Part shown: one piece after another, positions 11,301 through 20,193 of the stretch
How the letters are laid out: every line of letters starts with the position of its first letter
Numbering within the stretch: the first letter of the stretch is position 1
NCBI GenBank assembly: GCA_002683825.1
Contig: NYUD01000011.1
Location: 127,854-191,853, forward strand
Length of the DNA: 64,000 bases
From: Planctomycetota bacterium
Lineage (GTDB): Bacteria > Planctomycetota > UBA1135 > GCA-002686595
Reading direction: 5' to 3'
Translations under genes and position numbers: made by a program
The notes under the pieces: model-generated
What the model was told of the DNA's origin: nothing
Databases searched by the model: none
The model's input: the letters and a program-made list of their open reading frames with translations, nothing else

Positions 11301-11543
11301 ACCGCACTGCCCGCAAGGGTGCTGGTGCTGGACGAACTGGGTCGGCGGGTCAACGGCCTGGTGGGGATGGAAACGTTCCTGCGCGAGATCGAATCCGGCT
11401 TCTCCGATCTGGAACAACGCGTCGGCCCCTTGGCTCCCGGTACCTACCAGATCTCAGCCAAGCTCGAGGATGGGCGACGGGTCGAGCGAGCGATCGAACT
11501 CTCGGGTGCCCCCACCGAACGGGTCGTCCTACGGGTGGAGTAA
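8394..11543 (+). CDS. Membrane-anchored or secreted protein with about 9 tandem carboxypeptidase-regulatory-like (CarboxypepD_reg) beta-sandwich repeats
   Basis: N-terminal TM LLFVGVLCAIGGVYLIGRLVL. Recurring pattern such as LRGRIVDPDGHPLTGVSVSY, AAGTVVDPEGHALAGARIRS, LRGQVVSDTGQPQAGVLVSL, each followed by G-F-x-F/L-x-L-x-PG-xY/W. Confidence 0.7.
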   Translation: MSVQRTSSNLLFVGVLCAIGGVYLIGRLVLHRPDGRLAERPAELAEPEEASEKRREETVVVATPPAATPLQTARAEDPPTLELATSAARWEVSGRLLAPPASPIDSTLTLIALPHPPATLSDPWKPPDWNDLLEGERAEANIASDGHFQIILPAYWERAWIDLSGRFLYFDEPLEVVQEERTRGLPLLLRPRLGAWVRGTVLAEDGTLLEEAFIRRARVSAVPDLGALHDALAHGGPGTPVNGRLSARPSDEGAFELRGLPPSTNFVIAPVADGLLPGRAAPLHAQPGAVLDLDFRLLPGSTLRGRIVDPDGHPLTGVSVSYRGDLELDGFAPLFGSWSVEDGTDESGLFELAGLPARAQLEIGCTLEGWILPDSLVVDLSSPKQSVDVEAVLHRGRALLGRVLWADGSPAPGFKVRLERHAREIAAVRTDEHGAFHFAGLDGRGYSLYAQGVESIGPDPVDLGSRNRIGWTRMIDLDPNSDEVLVTLSHGLRLDGSVITAGGEALETFELTLLSVDIEGATSGFQSTHAGGHGGFQLEGLQPGSWNLTAHAEGYVSSAPCEVRLPRPATSEPLRFELIAKGSAAGTVVDPEGHALAGARIRSIVSWRAASGRTTNEWKTDAYGHFHVKDLLPGSHRWIASAHGFASSIMVEVLIPAGGVVDDIEVALREGGLLTGVLLNERDEPEVGRFLSVACADSLDTRTGRTDKSGGFAFKELEPGNWRVYVLPEGESGGRSAPREQPALSAEVVIHDGDESHVVLGGNPAPQIPAKRLRGQVVSDTGQPQAGVLVSLGEEGPLPTRCPYGSRLLQVESDADGRFEFEALALGTYSLCAFPEARHGGLAPRVARSITLNASEDESEEIVVELTRGGSLGGVVLDLEGLPIPNASIFIRERDGFVLARISELSSDENGRFLYPALVPGSYTIFARTGDASTLESAPLEVSAGVHTQTEIVLTRGTLLSVQLEGTEGTALPARVLVLDELGRRVNGLVGMETFLREIESGFSDLEQRVGPLAPGTYQISAKLEDGRRVERAIELSGAPTERVVLRVE

Positions 11544-11550
11544 GAGGGCC

Positions 11551-12582
11551 CTAGCCCGTTTCCTGACGCGCCCATTGGAGAAAGTCCTCCATGTCCGCGG
11601 GCATGTCCCGTTCAAAACTCATCTCTTCGCCGGTGAGCGGATGCAGGAATGCCAGGGCGGAGGCGTGCAGCGCGTGGCGCTTCAGCGGGGGAGCCTCTCG
11701 AGGAACGGCGACACGCTTGCGGCCTGCATACACCCGATCCCCCACAAGGGGATGGCCGATGTGTGTGAGGTGCACGCGAATCTGGTGCGTACGGCCCGTC
11801 TTGGGACGACACTCGATGAGGGCGAAGCGTCCCAGTCGTTCGCGCGTGACGTAGAAAGTGGAAGCCTCGAGACCGGGTACGAAATCTTCGGCTTCGTCCG
11901 ACTCCCCGGACCCGTGATCGAAGCGCCGTAGAACGGGCGCCTCGATCACGCTCATCCGGTCGGAGCGCTTGCGCGAACGCCCGATCGGAGCTTCGATCCA
12001 ATCGGAATCGAAACGCGGGTCGCCGTGGACGAGTGCCAGGTAGCCCTTGTCGACCTTGCGCTCGCGAAAGGCCTCCAGGAGCAGAGGCGCGGCGCGCTCC
12101 GACTTGGCGAGAACCATGAGGCCGCTGGTGTCGGAGTCCAGACGGTGCACGATGCCCGGGCGATCGTCCCCCTGGGGGGCGGGCAAGGCCCTCCAGTGCG
12201 AGGTCGCCCATTCCGAGACGCTGCCGCCGCGAACCACGCTGGTGGGGTGGGTGATCTGCCCGGCGGGCTTTTCGATGACCGCCAGGTGCTCGTCCTCGAA
12301 GACGATCTCGGGCTCGACGCCGGGGGCGGCTCCTGGGCGCTCGCGGACCCTGGGAACGTCCTTGATTTCGAGCTTCCCGACCACCTCGATTCTCATCGCC
12401 GGGCGCCTGAGACACTCGCCCTCGAACCACACGCCGCCGTCGACAATCAGCTCCTTCAAGCGCGTGCGCGAGATCCCTGGAAGGAGCTCGACCAGGGCCC
12501 GGTCCAGGCGTAAACCGATCAGGGCCTTGGGAAGCGCTATTCTCCGGGGCGCCGGCCGGTCGGTTGTTTCGTGAACATCCAT
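11551..12582 (-). CDS. rluD: RluA-family 23S rRNA pseudouridine synthase (RluD-like) with an N-terminal S4 domain
   Basis: ...IVHRLDSDTSGLMVLAKSERA...TGRTHQIRVHLTHIGHPLVGDRVY...: HRLD and RTHQIR motifs. Confidence 0.9.
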   Translation of the reverse strand: MDVHETTDRPAPRRIALPKALIGLRLDRALVELLPGISRTRLKELIVDGGVWFEGECLRRPAMRIEVVGKLEIKDVPRVRERPGAAPGVEPEIVFEDEHLAVIEKPAGQITHPTSVVRGGSVSEWATSHWRALPAPQGDDRPGIVHRLDSDTSGLMVLAKSERAAPLLLEAFRERKVDKGYLALVHGDPRFDSDWIEAPIGRSRKRSDRMSVIEAPVLRRFDHGSGESDEAEDFVPGLEASTFYVTRERLGRFALIECRPKTGRTHQIRVHLTHIGHPLVGDRVYAGRKRVAVPREAPPLKRHALHASALAFLHPLTGEEMSFERDMPADMEDFLQWARQETG

Positions 12583-12849
12583 GCGGGGAGAGAAAAAAGC
12601 CGGGACAACCGTACCGGGGCCCAGGCAGGCGAGCCCTCTGATCCGCCGGGAGCCGGGGACAGGGGTAGAGGCCCACCCCGGCGGTGAACCGCGCAGGCCC
12701 GGTTGCGCCCCCGGAACTCCCCGGTAACATCGTCGCGCTCACAGGGTATCCGCCTTGTCCCGAAGCAGCGCGCATCCGTGCTCCTTTGCTGCCAATCCTC
12801 GCCCCGGAAACCCGATTTCGCGAATCGAGCTCACTCAGGAGGTTTTTTC

Positions 12850-14497
12850 GTGCTCGGCATCGTCTTCTCCACCGCTTTTTGGCTCTCCCCCATCCTCGCG
12901 GCCCTTCCTCAGGATGCGCCCCCGGGCCTCGTCTTCATCAAAGGGGAAAAAAAAAACCTCGATGGGAAGCGACCCCAAGGACGTCGAGGCGCTCATCCTG
13001 GCCAATCAGGGGCGCGGCAACGTCTACGCGGGCGAGACCCCCAAGACCCAGGCCGAGGTCCAGGATTTCTATCTGGGTGCAACGGAGATCACCAACGAGC
13101 AGTACGCCGCCTTTATCTCCGCCACCGGCACCAAGCCCCCCTACCTCTGGGGCGAGGAATCTCTGGATGAGGGGCGTGCCGCCTTCCTGGAGGCGGAGCA
13201 CGAAAAGAAGAAGGCCGCCCGCGCGAATGGGGAGCATCATCAGAACAAGACCTTCGACGCGGAGGCGTGGTGGGAAAAGAACTGGCAAGGCGCGAAGTGG
13301 GAGGTTCCCGAGAATCGCAAGGCCCACCCGGTCGTGTTCGTCACCTATACCGATGTTCTGTCCTATGCCGCGTGGGCCGGGCTACGCCTCATGACCGAGT
13401 TCGAGTTCTCTTGCGCCGCACGTGGCAGCTCCGATCGCCTCTATCCCTGGGGCGAGGAATGGATGGATGGTAAGTACTGTCAATCGCGCCACGGGGACCG
13501 CGACGATTCTTTGCCTGTCGCCAGCTTCGAGGAGGGCGCCGTCAACGGCATCTACGACCTGGCCGGCAACGTGTGGGAGTGGACCTCCAGCCCCTACACC
13601 CCCTTCAAGAAGTATCGGCCGCTGAAGATCAAGACCAAGTCGGGCAAGCGCAGAAACGAACTGCGCGTCGAGGCGGGCTTCGATCCGAACTTGCGCGTCC
13701 TGGTGTCCGGCTCGTTCAAGCAAACCAGGGACGGTGTGCGCATCCCGACGCGCATGCCCACGTCTCGCGATCAATCGGCCGAAGCGCTCGGCTTCCGCGT
13801 CGCTTCCAGCAAGTCGCCGGGGCTCGATCTTGCCAGCGAATTGACCGAGAACACGATCGATTTTCGCGCCATACCGCAGGATGACGTCAACTTCATCGAG
13901 CAGGCAGCGCTCGTCAAACAACGCTGGACGACCGCAGCCGGGTCCGTGAATGCCGCCGGCTACAGGGTCATCACGGGCCACGAGAAGATGCTCTTCTGCC
14001 CGGTCACGAAGATCGAGGTCAGCAACAAGAAGAGCCTGGAAGACCTCTCGATCAACGCACCTGTCATCATCGGCTTTCTCTCCCTCTCCAAGCCCATGGC
14101 GGACCCCTTGCTCGACGGAGGCACTTACCTCCTCGGTTGGCGCGCAGCGGGCAAGCTCCCCAAGCTCGAAACGGACGAACCCATTCCAGCCTGGACTCTG
14201 GTCGACGGTTTTCAGCCCGAGGTCGATGTCTACTTCCTCTACAGCGTGGACGGTACTCCCCAGGTAGCCTTTCCGTCCCCGCCGGTCGCCGACCAGCGTA
14301 TGAAGCCCGGCACGGTCAACCTCGAGCCCTATGTGGAGCCCGATCTCTCCCAGTTCGACGAAGAAAACCCCCCGCCGCCTCCGCTGGATACGCTGCGCTA
14401 CACCTTCACGATCCCGAGCAAGAAAAGGAGCAAGGGATTCTGGTTCGACCTTCCGATCAAGCTGGAGCCGGGGACGGTTGACACCAGCTGGAAGTAG
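12850..14497 (+). CDS. Secreted SUMF1/FGE (formylglycine-generating-enzyme fold) domain protein with a ~250-aa uncharacterised C-terminal region. As assembled it is split by a frame change inside an A10 run.
   Basis: GGAGG (12838-12842) then GTG at 12850 gives the signal peptide VLGIVFSTAFWLSPILAALP...GLVFIKGEKK in frame 1. After A10 (12947-12956) the FGE domain continues in frame 2: TSMGSDPKDVE...GATEITNEQYAAFI...HPVVFVTYTDVLSYAAWAG...YPWGEEW...YDLAGNVWEWT. The track shows the two halves as ORFs 12703..13170 and 12755..14497. Confidence 0.75.
12947..12956 (+). repeat. A10 homopolymer at the frame junction of the FGE-domain gene
   Basis: Counted directly: aaggggAAAAAAAAAAcctc. A9 would fuse the two frames into ...FIKGEKKTSMGSD... 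Confidence 0.95.
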
Positions 14498-14563
14498 CGC
14501 AAGCGCGCTCTGTCATGAGGCGGGGCACTCTTTGCCGAAAGGGTGATGCAACGCTGAAGCCCG

Positions 14564-17248
14564 CTAGGTCAACCCCGCCAGGTTCCTGCTCAAAAGGTCC
14601 AGCTCCCGCTTCATCTCCTCACAGCGGGATTTCTCCGCTTCCACAACGTCGGGATCGGCTCCCTTCAAGAAGCCCTGATTCTTGAGCTTGCCCTCGATGC
14701 CGCGCAGGCCCTTCTCGAGCTTTTCAACGCGTCGTTTCAAAGTTGCCGCGAGCTCCCCGAGGTCCACATCCGCACCGAGTGGAATAAACACCTCGAACGC
14801 CGGAGCGACGGCGACCGCCGACGACGGAGGCCGCTCGGCGGCTTCGTGAATCTCCAGGGTTTCCAGGTGGGCCAGGGCCCGCGCTCGCTTTGCGCAAGCC
14901 TGCAGGACCGCGCGATCCTCCGCACGCGGCACCGCTACGATGGCGGGCAAAGGTCTGCGATCCCCGATCGTCGTCAACGCGCGCACGGAGCGCACCGCGT
15001 GAACCAGCCCCTGTAGGAGTTCGATCTCGGCCTCGGCCGCCTCGTCGACGCGACCGGCTTTGTCGGGCCAGGCTGACGTGATCAGCATTCCGCCTCCCCC
15101 GATCGGCTTGGGACGCGTAGCCGCGCACGCCTTCCACAGAACCTCGGTCTGGAAAGGGGTGATGGGATGCAGGAGCGCCAGCCAACCGTTCATGGCCTGG
15201 GCCAAAGTGTGCCGAGCAGCCTCCGCCGAGGCCTCATCGCCCTCCAAACGCGACTTCACCAGTTCGAGGTACCAGTCGCAGAAGTCGTTCCAGACGAACC
15301 GATAGAGCGTGGTGGCCGCATCGTTGAAGCGATATTCCTCGTAGGCCTGCGTCACCTCCTGCGTCGCGCGCGCCAGCCGGGACAGGATCCAACGATCCTC
15401 GAGTGCCCACGACGCATCGGGAGTGAGGGGCGCATCGGGATCGAAGTTTTCCAGGTGCCCAAGGGCGAAGCGCACCGCGTTCCAGACCTTGTTGGTGAAA
15501 CGCCGCCCCATCTCGAAACGATCCTCGGAGAGCTTGACGTCCTGCCCCTCACGGGTAAGCAGAACCAGGGAAAGCCGCACGGCGTCCGCCCCGTACCGCT
15601 CGATCATGTCGATGGGGTCGATGCCGTTGCCGGCGCTCTTGGACATGCGCTTGCCCTTTCCGTCGAGCACGGTGGCATGGACGTAGCACGTCGAGAAAGG
15701 ACAACGCTCCTCCACGGGCAGATGATCGAGCAGCTCATAGCCGGCCATCACCATCCGTGCGACCCACAGATAGATGATCTCACGCGCGGTCGAAAGAAAG
15801 TGCGTGGGATAGAAGCGCGAGAGGTCCGGCGTCCGGTCGGGCCACCCGAGGGTCGCGAAGGGCCAAAGCCACGAGGAAGCCCAGGTGTCCAGCACGTCCT
15901 CGTCCTGTCTCACGATGGGTTTCTTGGTCTCCGGATGGAGGCTGCCGATCTCGAGGTCGTCGCGCGAAGCTACCGGCGTGCCGTCCTCGTCGTACCAGAC
16001 GGGGATACGGTGGCCCCACCAGAGCTGACGCGAGATGCACCAGTCCTGCACGTTTTCGAGCCAATCGAGATAGACCTTGGTCCAGCGCCCGGGACGGAAC
16101 TCGAGGCTACCGTTCTTCACAGCCTCGATCGCCGGTTTGGCCAGAGGCTCCATCTTCACGAACCACTGCTCGCTGAGAAGCGGCTCGATCACGCTCTTCG
16201 AGCGATCGGAAATCGGAACGTTGTGCTGGTACGTCTCGGTCTTCTCGAGCAACCCCAGCCCATCCATCTCCGCAACGACTCGTTTACGCGCCTCTTCGCG
16301 CGAAAACCCGGCGAAAGGGCCCGCGTTGTCGTTGAGCTTGCCGTCCTTCTCGAGGATGTTGATCGTGGGAAGCCCGGCCCGCTGCCCGCGCTCGTAGTCC
16401 GCTGGATCGTGCCCCGGCGTCACCTTGACCGCCCCCGTACCGAATTCACGCTCGACCGTTACGTCTGCGACGATGGGGATTTCACGCCCGACGAAGGGTA
16501 ACAATACGTGCTTGCCCACGAGGTCCTTGTAGCGCTCGTCCTCGGGATGCACGGCGACGCCGGTGTCGCCCAGCATGGTCTCGGGCCGGGTAGTCGCAAC
16601 CGTCAGGTGTGCGCCATCCACCTCCTTCACGGGATAACGCAGGAAGTAGAGCTTGCCCTTCAGCGCGGTCATTTCGACCTCGTCATCCGACACGGCCGTC
16701 TGCAGCGTGCAATCCCAGTTCACCAGCCTCGCGCCGCGATAGATCAGCCCTTTCTCCCACAGACGCACGAATGCCTCGCGCACGGCCCGCGACATGTGCG
16801 GCTCGAAGGTGAAGCGAGTACGCGTCCAATCGCACGACGCCCCCAACCTGCGATACTGTTCGAGGATCTTGTTGCCGTGCACCTCCTTCCACTCCCAGAT
16901 CTTCTCGACGAAAGCTTCACGGCCGATGTCCTGGCGGGTCTTGCCCTCATCTAGATAGAGCTGCTTTTCGACCACCGCCTGGGTGGCGATGCCGGCATGA
17001 TCGGTCCCGGGCAGCCACAACGCATCGCGACCACGCATGCGCTGAAATCGGATCACGATGTCCTGCAGCGCGCCGTTCAAGGCGTGCCCCACGTGCAGAA
17101 CGCCCGTGACGTTGGGCGGCGGGATCATGATCACGTAGGGCTCTCTGCCCTCCGCGTCGGCGGAGGGGGTGAAGGCCCCCTGATCCATCCACGCCTGATA
17201 GACCTTTGCCTCGTGGGCGTGTGCGTCGTAGCGAGAGTCGAGTTTCAT
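14564..17248 (-). CDS. valS: Valine--tRNA ligase
   Basis: PPPNVTGVLHVGHAL (HIGH region), RMSKSAGN (KMSKS), C-terminal coiled coil. Start taken at MKLDSRYDAH..., preceded by AGGTGGA. The track ORF extends to 17299. Confidence 0.95.
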   Translation of the reverse strand: MKLDSRYDAHAHEAKVYQAWMDQGAFTPSADAEGREPYVIMIPPPNVTGVLHVGHALNGALQDIVIRFQRMRGRDALWLPGTDHAGIATQAVVEKQLYLDEGKTRQDIGREAFVEKIWEWKEVHGNKILEQYRRLGASCDWTRTRFTFEPHMSRAVREAFVRLWEKGLIYRGARLVNWDCTLQTAVSDDEVEMTALKGKLYFLRYPVKEVDGAHLTVATTRPETMLGDTGVAVHPEDERYKDLVGKHVLLPFVGREIPIVADVTVEREFGTGAVKVTPGHDPADYERGQRAGLPTINILEKDGKLNDNAGPFAGFSREEARKRVVAEMDGLGLLEKTETYQHNVPISDRSKSVIEPLLSEQWFVKMEPLAKPAIEAVKNGSLEFRPGRWTKVYLDWLENVQDWCISRQLWWGHRIPVWYDEDGTPVASRDDLEIGSLHPETKKPIVRQDEDVLDTWASSWLWPFATLGWPDRTPDLSRFYPTHFLSTAREIIYLWVARMVMAGYELLDHLPVEERCPFSTCYVHATVLDGKGKRMSKSAGNGIDPIDMIERYGADAVRLSLVLLTREGQDVKLSEDRFEMGRRFTNKVWNAVRFALGHLENFDPDAPLTPDASWALEDRWILSRLARATQEVTQAYEEYRFNDAATTLYRFVWNDFCDWYLELVKSRLEGDEASAEAARHTLAQAMNGWLALLHPITPFQTEVLWKACAATRPKPIGGGGMLITSAWPDKAGRVDEAAEAEIELLQGLVHAVRSVRALTTIGDRRPLPAIVAVPRAEDRAVLQACAKRARALAHLETLEIHEAAERPPSSAVAVAPAFEVFIPLGADVDLGELAATLKRRVEKLEKGLRGIEGKLKNQGFLKGADPDVVEAEKSRCEEMKRELDLLSRNLAGLT

Positions 17249-17335
17249 GGGTTCCACCTGGGCCGACCTATGCAGGCTCGACCACTTCAACCGCCGCACG
17301 AGGGAGGGTCAAGCTGTGCTGTCCGCCGGTCCGGG

Positions 17336-18247
17336 CTAGAGGACGTCGCAAACTCCCAGCAGCGGGGTCTGCAGCTGGGAAATCGTGTCGCCCGCATCCA
17401 GGCCGACATCCGCCGGACGCTGGCTTTCCAGACCCAGCTCCGCACGGGTCCTGCAACGGACTCGCTCGTCTACCTGTTCATCGCTGAACCCGTGCGAGCG
17501 TAAGACCTCCCGCCCCAGTCCGGCCCGACTGAGGCGATCGGGCCCCGCGAGGTGCAGCATCCCGCACGCGTCCCCCAAGGCGAGTTCGACCAGAGCCTCC
17601 GCCGCATTGCCCACATCCAGGGGCGTACGCCATTCGTCGACGAAGAGAACCGGCGTCTCGTCGCGCTCGATCGCCGCCAGCAGAGCATCGGAGGCCCCAA
17701 GACCCCGCCCGAAGGAGTTGCCGAAGAGCAGCGGCAAGCGACACACAAGGGCTTGGGAGTTCGCCTCCAGAACCCGCTCTTCACCCTCGACCTTGCTGTG
17801 TCCATAGACGGAGAGCGGAGCCGGCGGATCCGTGAGGCCGTAACGCTCCCCCAGCGGCGGCCTGGCCCCGAAAACGAGATCCGTCGAGATGTGCACCAGC
17901 CGCGCCCCGAAGTCCCGGGCAAGCCGCGCGATCCCTCCCGGCATGGCTCCGTTGAGCTCGCGCGCCACATCCGGATCGCGCTCGCAAGCCGCCAGACGGC
18001 TGAGGGCCGCGGCCACGATGACCACGGTCGGCCGCGCGTCGGCGAAAAGCTTGACGTTCTCCATCGCCTGGCGAGCATCCCAGGGCACGGACCGCGCATT
18101 GGCGGGGAGCGTCCCGGGATAGAGTTCCGGACGCCGAGACGCGGCATGGACGCACCCGAAGCGCTCCGCCCCTTCGCGCACGAGATGGGCGCCGAGAAAC
18201 CCGCTGGATCCGAGAACCAGGAGCCGTTCACGTGAAACGACGCTCAC
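17336..18247 (-). CDS. RmlD-like NAD(P)-dependent sugar reductase (dTDP-4-dehydrorhamnose reductase family)
   Basis: GTG start gives VSVVSRERLLVLGSSGFLGAHL (GxxGxxG). YGHSK (YxxxK), ...LVHISTDLVFG... The upstream part of track ORF 17336..19000 is antisense to the lipid kinase gene and low complexity. Confidence 0.75.
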   Translation of the reverse strand: MSVVSRERLLVLGSSGFLGAHLVREGAERFGCVHAASRRPELYPGTLPANARSVPWDARQAMENVKLFADARPTVVIVAAALSRLAACERDPDVARELNGAMPGGIARLARDFGARLVHISTDLVFGARPPLGERYGLTDPPAPLSVYGHSKVEGEERVLEANSQALVCRLPLLFGNSFGRGLGASDALLAAIERDETPVLFVDEWRTPLDVGNAAEALVELALGDACGMLHLAGPDRLSRAGLGREVLRSHGFSDEQVDERVRCRTRAELGLESQRPADVGLDAGDTISQLQTPLLGVCDVL

Positions 18248-18309
18248 GGTGTGGAACTGTAGCCCGAACGGTTCTTGAACGGGCACCCCAAACCTGCCAA
18301 CCCACCGGC

Positions 18310-18333
18310 TTCGGCGGCGAATTCGCCGCCGAA
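18310..18333. promoter_or_regulatory. 24-bp perfect palindrome TTCGGCGGCGAATTCGCCGCCGAA in a divergent promoter region (candidate operator)
   Basis: Verified base by base as self-complementary. GAATTCGCCG recurs 12 bp later (18331-18340). A 9-bp-stem hairpin GCCTGGGGG/CCCCCAGGC lies at 18384-18408. Confidence 0.5.
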
Positions 18334-18424
18334 TTCGCCGTCGGACTGACGCGGATGCGGGCCGGACGCGTGCTAGGCTACGCGCCTGGGGGCTCGCGCC
18401 CCCCAGGCACGGATAGCGGACGCA

Positions 18425-19357
18425 TTGGATGCCCGAACCGATCTCCACTCCCCCCCCGCGACCATGAGCTCGCTTCACACCGAGCCGTTCGCCCGCGCAC
18501 TCGTCGTGGTGAACCCGGTCTCGGGACGTGGGCAGGGGGTCGCCGCCGCCGAGGAGCTCCGCAACGCTCTGCACGAGCGCGGCGTACACGTGGAGGTCCT
18601 GAAGACGCGGAGCAAGGGGGACGCCTTCACGCGCCTGCGTTCCCTGCAAGAGCCGGTCGATCTCGTCGTTTCGGTGGGAGGCGACGGGACGCTGCGCGAA
18701 GTCTTTGACGGGCTCGTCGATACGGAAACAGCGGTGGGCGTACTGCCCTACGGGACGGCGAACGTACTCGCCCACTCGATCGGTCTTCCGCGAGACGTGC
18801 ATCACGCCCTGGATATCCTCTATCGCGGCAATGTCCAGCGGATCGACGTCGCACGGGTGAACGGCAACCTCTCCTTCCTTTGCACGGGGGTCGGTTTTGA
18901 TGCGCAAGCGGTACGGGCGGTCGAAAGGCGTCGCCGGGGCCCGATCACCAAGTGGAGCTACGCCCGGGCGGTCGCGGGTGAGATCGTTCGTTATCGCCAA
19001 CCCGACCTGAAGGTCACCCTGGACGGTGAGGCGCTCCAGCGCTCGTACGGCTTTGTTCTGGTTGCCAACACGCGCGACTACGGGGGATTCCTCAAGCTCG
19101 ACCAGGACGCCAGGCTCGACGATCGGCTCTTCGAGGTGTACCTGTTCCCGCGTACCGGCTTGCCCGGCATCCTGCGGGGCGCCCTCCAGGGCACCCTGAA
19201 GCGACTGCCGGGAAGGGGCGTCACGCTCCGCCGTGCAGCCTCGATTCGAATCACCTCCCAGACCCCCTGCCCGTTCCAGGTCGACGGCGATCTGGGGGGA
19301 GAAACGCCCGTCGAGGTGGAGCTCCTACCGAATCAGTATCGTCTGCTGGTACCCTGA
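18425..19357 (+). CDS. Diacylglycerol-kinase-family lipid kinase (YegS/BmrU-like)
   Basis: ...ALVVVNPVSGRGQG...VDLVVSVGGDGTLREV...: DAGK catalytic-domain motif GGDGT. The start may instead be the Met at 18464. Confidence 0.85.
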   Translation: MDARTDLHSPPATMSSLHTEPFARALVVVNPVSGRGQGVAAAEELRNALHERGVHVEVLKTRSKGDAFTRLRSLQEPVDLVVSVGGDGTLREVFDGLVDTETAVGVLPYGTANVLAHSIGLPRDVHHALDILYRGNVQRIDVARVNGNLSFLCTGVGFDAQAVRAVERRRRGPITKWSYARAVAGEIVRYRQPDLKVTLDGEALQRSYGFVLVANTRDYGGFLKLDQDARLDDRLFEVYLFPRTGLPGILRGALQGTLKRLPGRGVTLRRAASIRITSQTPCPFQVDGDLGGETPVEVELLPNQYRLLVP

Positions 19358-19368
19358 ACGGACTCCTC

Positions 19369-20193
19369 ATGACCTCCCGACCCACAGCCCGGATCGCCGG
19401 CCGCACCTTCGGCGGCGGTTCGCTCTTCGTCATCGCCGGACCCTGTGTGCTCGAATCCCGGGATCTGGCCCTACGCATCGCGGAGGAGCTGGTGGAGATG
19501 AGCTCGGAGCGCGAGCTCCCGTGCATCTTCAAGGCCAGCTTCGACAAGGCCAACCGCACGAGTGTTTCAGCGGTGCGTGGCCCCGGCCTGGAGGCGGGTC
19601 TCGAGATCCTGGCCGAGGTGCGCGAGCGGGTGGGGATCCCGGTCCTGACCGATGTCCACCTGCCCGAGCATTGTGCACCGGCGGCCGAACGGGTCGACGT
19701 ACTTCAGATTCCAGCCTACCTTTGCCGGCAGACGGACCTGCTTCTGGCGGCGGCGGAGACGGGCAAGACGGTCAACGTGAAGAAGGGCCAGTTTCTCGCT
19801 CCCTGGGACATGCGCTTCGTCACGGAAAAATGCGAATCGACCGGCAACCGAAACTTGCTCGTGACCGAACGCGGGTCCTTCTTCGGCTATGGCCGACTCG
19901 TGGTCGACATGGGCGGCTTTCAATACCTGTCCCAGACGGGGCACCCCGTGGTCTTCGATGCCACCCACTCGGTCCAGCTACCGGGTACGGGCCAGGGCAA
20001 GACGGGCGGCGATCGTAGCGCCGTCCCGGCTCTCGCCCGGGCGGCAGTCGCAACGGGCCAGGTGGACGGACTTTTCTTCGAGGTGCACCCGGATCCGGAC
20101 TCCTCCCCCTCCGACGGTCCGAACATGGTGGCCCTGGATCGCTTCGCCGAGGTGCTGGACGGGGTGCTGCAGGTCCACGCTAGCGTGAGGTAG
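19369..20193 (+). CDS. kdsA: 3-deoxy-8-phosphooctulonate (KDO8P) synthase
   Basis: ...FVIAGPCVLESRDLALRIAEEL...IFKASFDKANRTS...PVLTDVH...VFDATHSVQLPG... Confidence 0.93.
   Translation: MTSRPTARIAGRTFGGGSLFVIAGPCVLESRDLALRIAEELVEMSSERELPCIFKASFDKANRTSVSAVRGPGLEAGLEILAEVRERVGIPVLTDVHLPEHCAPAAERVDVLQIPAYLCRQTDLLLAAAETGKTVNVKKGQFLAPWDMRFVTEKCESTGNRNLLVTERGSFFGYGRLVVDMGGFQYLSQTGHPVVFDATHSVQLPGTGQGKTGGDRSAVPALARAAVATGQVDGLFFEVHPDPDSSPSDGPNMVALDRFAEVLDGVLQVHASVR

Noticed and set aside
12850-14497. Diversity-generating retroelement target (FGE/C-type-lectin folds are classic DGR variable proteins)
   Set aside because: There is no reverse transcriptase, no template/variable repeat pair and no adenine-specific mismatch pattern anywhere in the window. 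The FGE domain is also N-terminal rather than C-terminal.
15167-16501. 444-aa plus-strand ORF
   Set aside because: It is antisense to valS, which has unambiguous HIGH/KMSKS motifs. High-GC artefact.
18248-19000. N-terminal 250 aa of track ORF 17336..19000
   Set aside because: This part is antisense to the DAG-kinase-family gene and is low complexity. The Rossmann GxxGxxG motif of the real reductase begins right after the GTG at 18247.
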